Shown in pieces: positions 62,733-64,000 of a stretch of DNA of 64,000 nucleotides. Position numbers and translations under genes: made by a program. The notes beneath the pieces were generated by a model. That model made no database searches and was not told the DNA's origin. It saw nothing but the letters and a program-made list of their open reading frames with translations. Source of the stretch: Octopus bimaculoides (Eukaryota); assembly GCF_001194135.2 (NCBI RefSeq), contig NC_068986.1, positions 20,206,192-20,270,191 of the forward strand. Reading direction: 5' to 3'. The number at the start of each line of letters is the position of its first letter. The first letter of the stretch is position 1.

Positions 62733-64000
62733 NNNNNNNNNNNNNNNNNNNNNNNNNNNNNNNNNNNNNNNNNNNNNNNNNNNNNNNNNNNNNNNNNNNN
62801 NNNNNNNNNNNNNNNNNNNNNNNNNNNNNNNNNNNNNNNNNNNNNNNNNNNNNNNNNNNNNNNNNNNNNNNNNNNNNTATATATAGTATGTTCATGAAAT
62901 TTGAAGTCTTTTATTACGTCTGTGAACTTGATCATTGTAAATACTTACCCAGTACCAGTCAGTACTTGTATGTTTGCTAAGGTCAGCAACTTCTCTATTC
63001 TTATGGCATTGTTTCATATTTCCTGTATTGTTAGATTAGCTTTCATCATCGCAGTGATTGGATGTTTAGGAAATTCAAACACTTGCATTAGTTTTTAAAG
63101 CAAGACCAAATTTCAGAGTTTATATATTGTTTCATAACTGGATGACCTACCCAGTACTTGTCATTTCACAATGATGTCCAACCCATGCCAGCAGTTAAAC
63201 GATGACAATGATGAGTGATAGTAGACCGGCACCTGCTTTTAATATAGAGTTGATTGAGAGTTTTTCAGTTTGTACACTTCATATCCCTGTGACAAGGTCA
63301 GCATGTTCACTAAATAGTTGATTCACTTTTATTATAGTTAGCAGAACTGAGCAAGTTTATGTGCTATGAAGAGTTGTTGAGATCTCTGCAGATGGCAAAC
63401 GAAAAACTAAATTTTCAGAATTTTCTCTGCAGCAATACTTTAAACCATTTAATAAATCAGCTAGAAATATTTTTATTGATTTTAAGTCTGAATTCATAAT
63501 TTTCCTTTCTCGCCAAACAACACCAGTGATGTTAATTAATTCCACATTAATTTTTGTCATTCTATTCTTGGTTCAGTGTTCTTGACAACTCTCAAAGGCC
63601 AAGTCTACTTAGCTGTAAATAGGTTATCATCACATGATATGGAGTTTATCACAGTAGACAGTAAGGAAGATTTGTGATTGATGAATATTTTTCAGTTTGT
63701 ATTGCTCAGTTCAAATCCTCTCAAAGGTTTGTTATAAAGAAAATACAACTTATGTTCTCTTCTTTGAACCAGTACTTAAATTTTTTTTTCCTGTGACGCC
63801 TTCACATCCCAATGGCTTATAGCATTTAACATTTGGTTGTTAAAATTCAGTGTTAATTTATATTCCAAACACCAGCTTAATGAAGTTTTCTTTAACTGGC
63901 AAAATTAATTGAAATAAGACTGTATTGCAACTGAAATGTGGTAGCATAAGGATTAATGTTGCTAATTTGTTACTGTAAACATCTCAGATTTTCTCAATAT

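Larger units (their letters stand above)
29343..64000 (+). other. Actn: Alpha-actinin intron 1 (more than 34 kb, continues beyond the window)
   Basis: I found no TFTAWCNSHLRK-coding exon downstream. Gaps could hide it. Confidence 0.75.

Noticed and set aside
3828-62935. All ORFs containing X runs
   Set aside because: They are artefacts of N gaps having no stop codons.

Overview
This is AT-rich, microsatellite- and transposon-dense animal genomic DNA with many N gaps, most next to (TA)n tracts. The repeat families and composition suggest a coleoid cephalopod, probably Octopus (inference). The only host gene I recognise is alpha-actinin on the + strand: first coding exon 29244-29342 ([33 protein letters not shown]), with a CpG-rich promoter/5'UTR at about 28.6-29.2 kb. 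Its first intron runs past the window end, since I found no TFTAWCNSHL exon. The upstream 28 kb is a graveyard of mobile elements: L1/Tx1, R4/Dong, RTE and Penelope retroelement fragments, a DD37D (maT) transposase pseudogene, mariner/hAT/pogo MITEs, Helitron-type relics and several tRNA-headed SINE families. The most notable observations are: (1) a foldback element made of inverted telomeric TTAGGG/CCCTAA arrays about 1.3 kb upstream of the promoter; (2) two candidate exons inside intron 1 that could splice in frame into an alternative acidic alpha-actinin N-terminus; (3) a clear drop in CpG inside the gene body; (4) SINE modules present in all four middle/tail combinations; (5) inverted repeat pairs in the intron that could be dsRNA editing substrates. 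SINE family labels A-F are my own. Repeat coordinates are approximate unless a TSD or TIR is quoted. Nearly all entries in the ORF track are microsatellite or gap artefacts.
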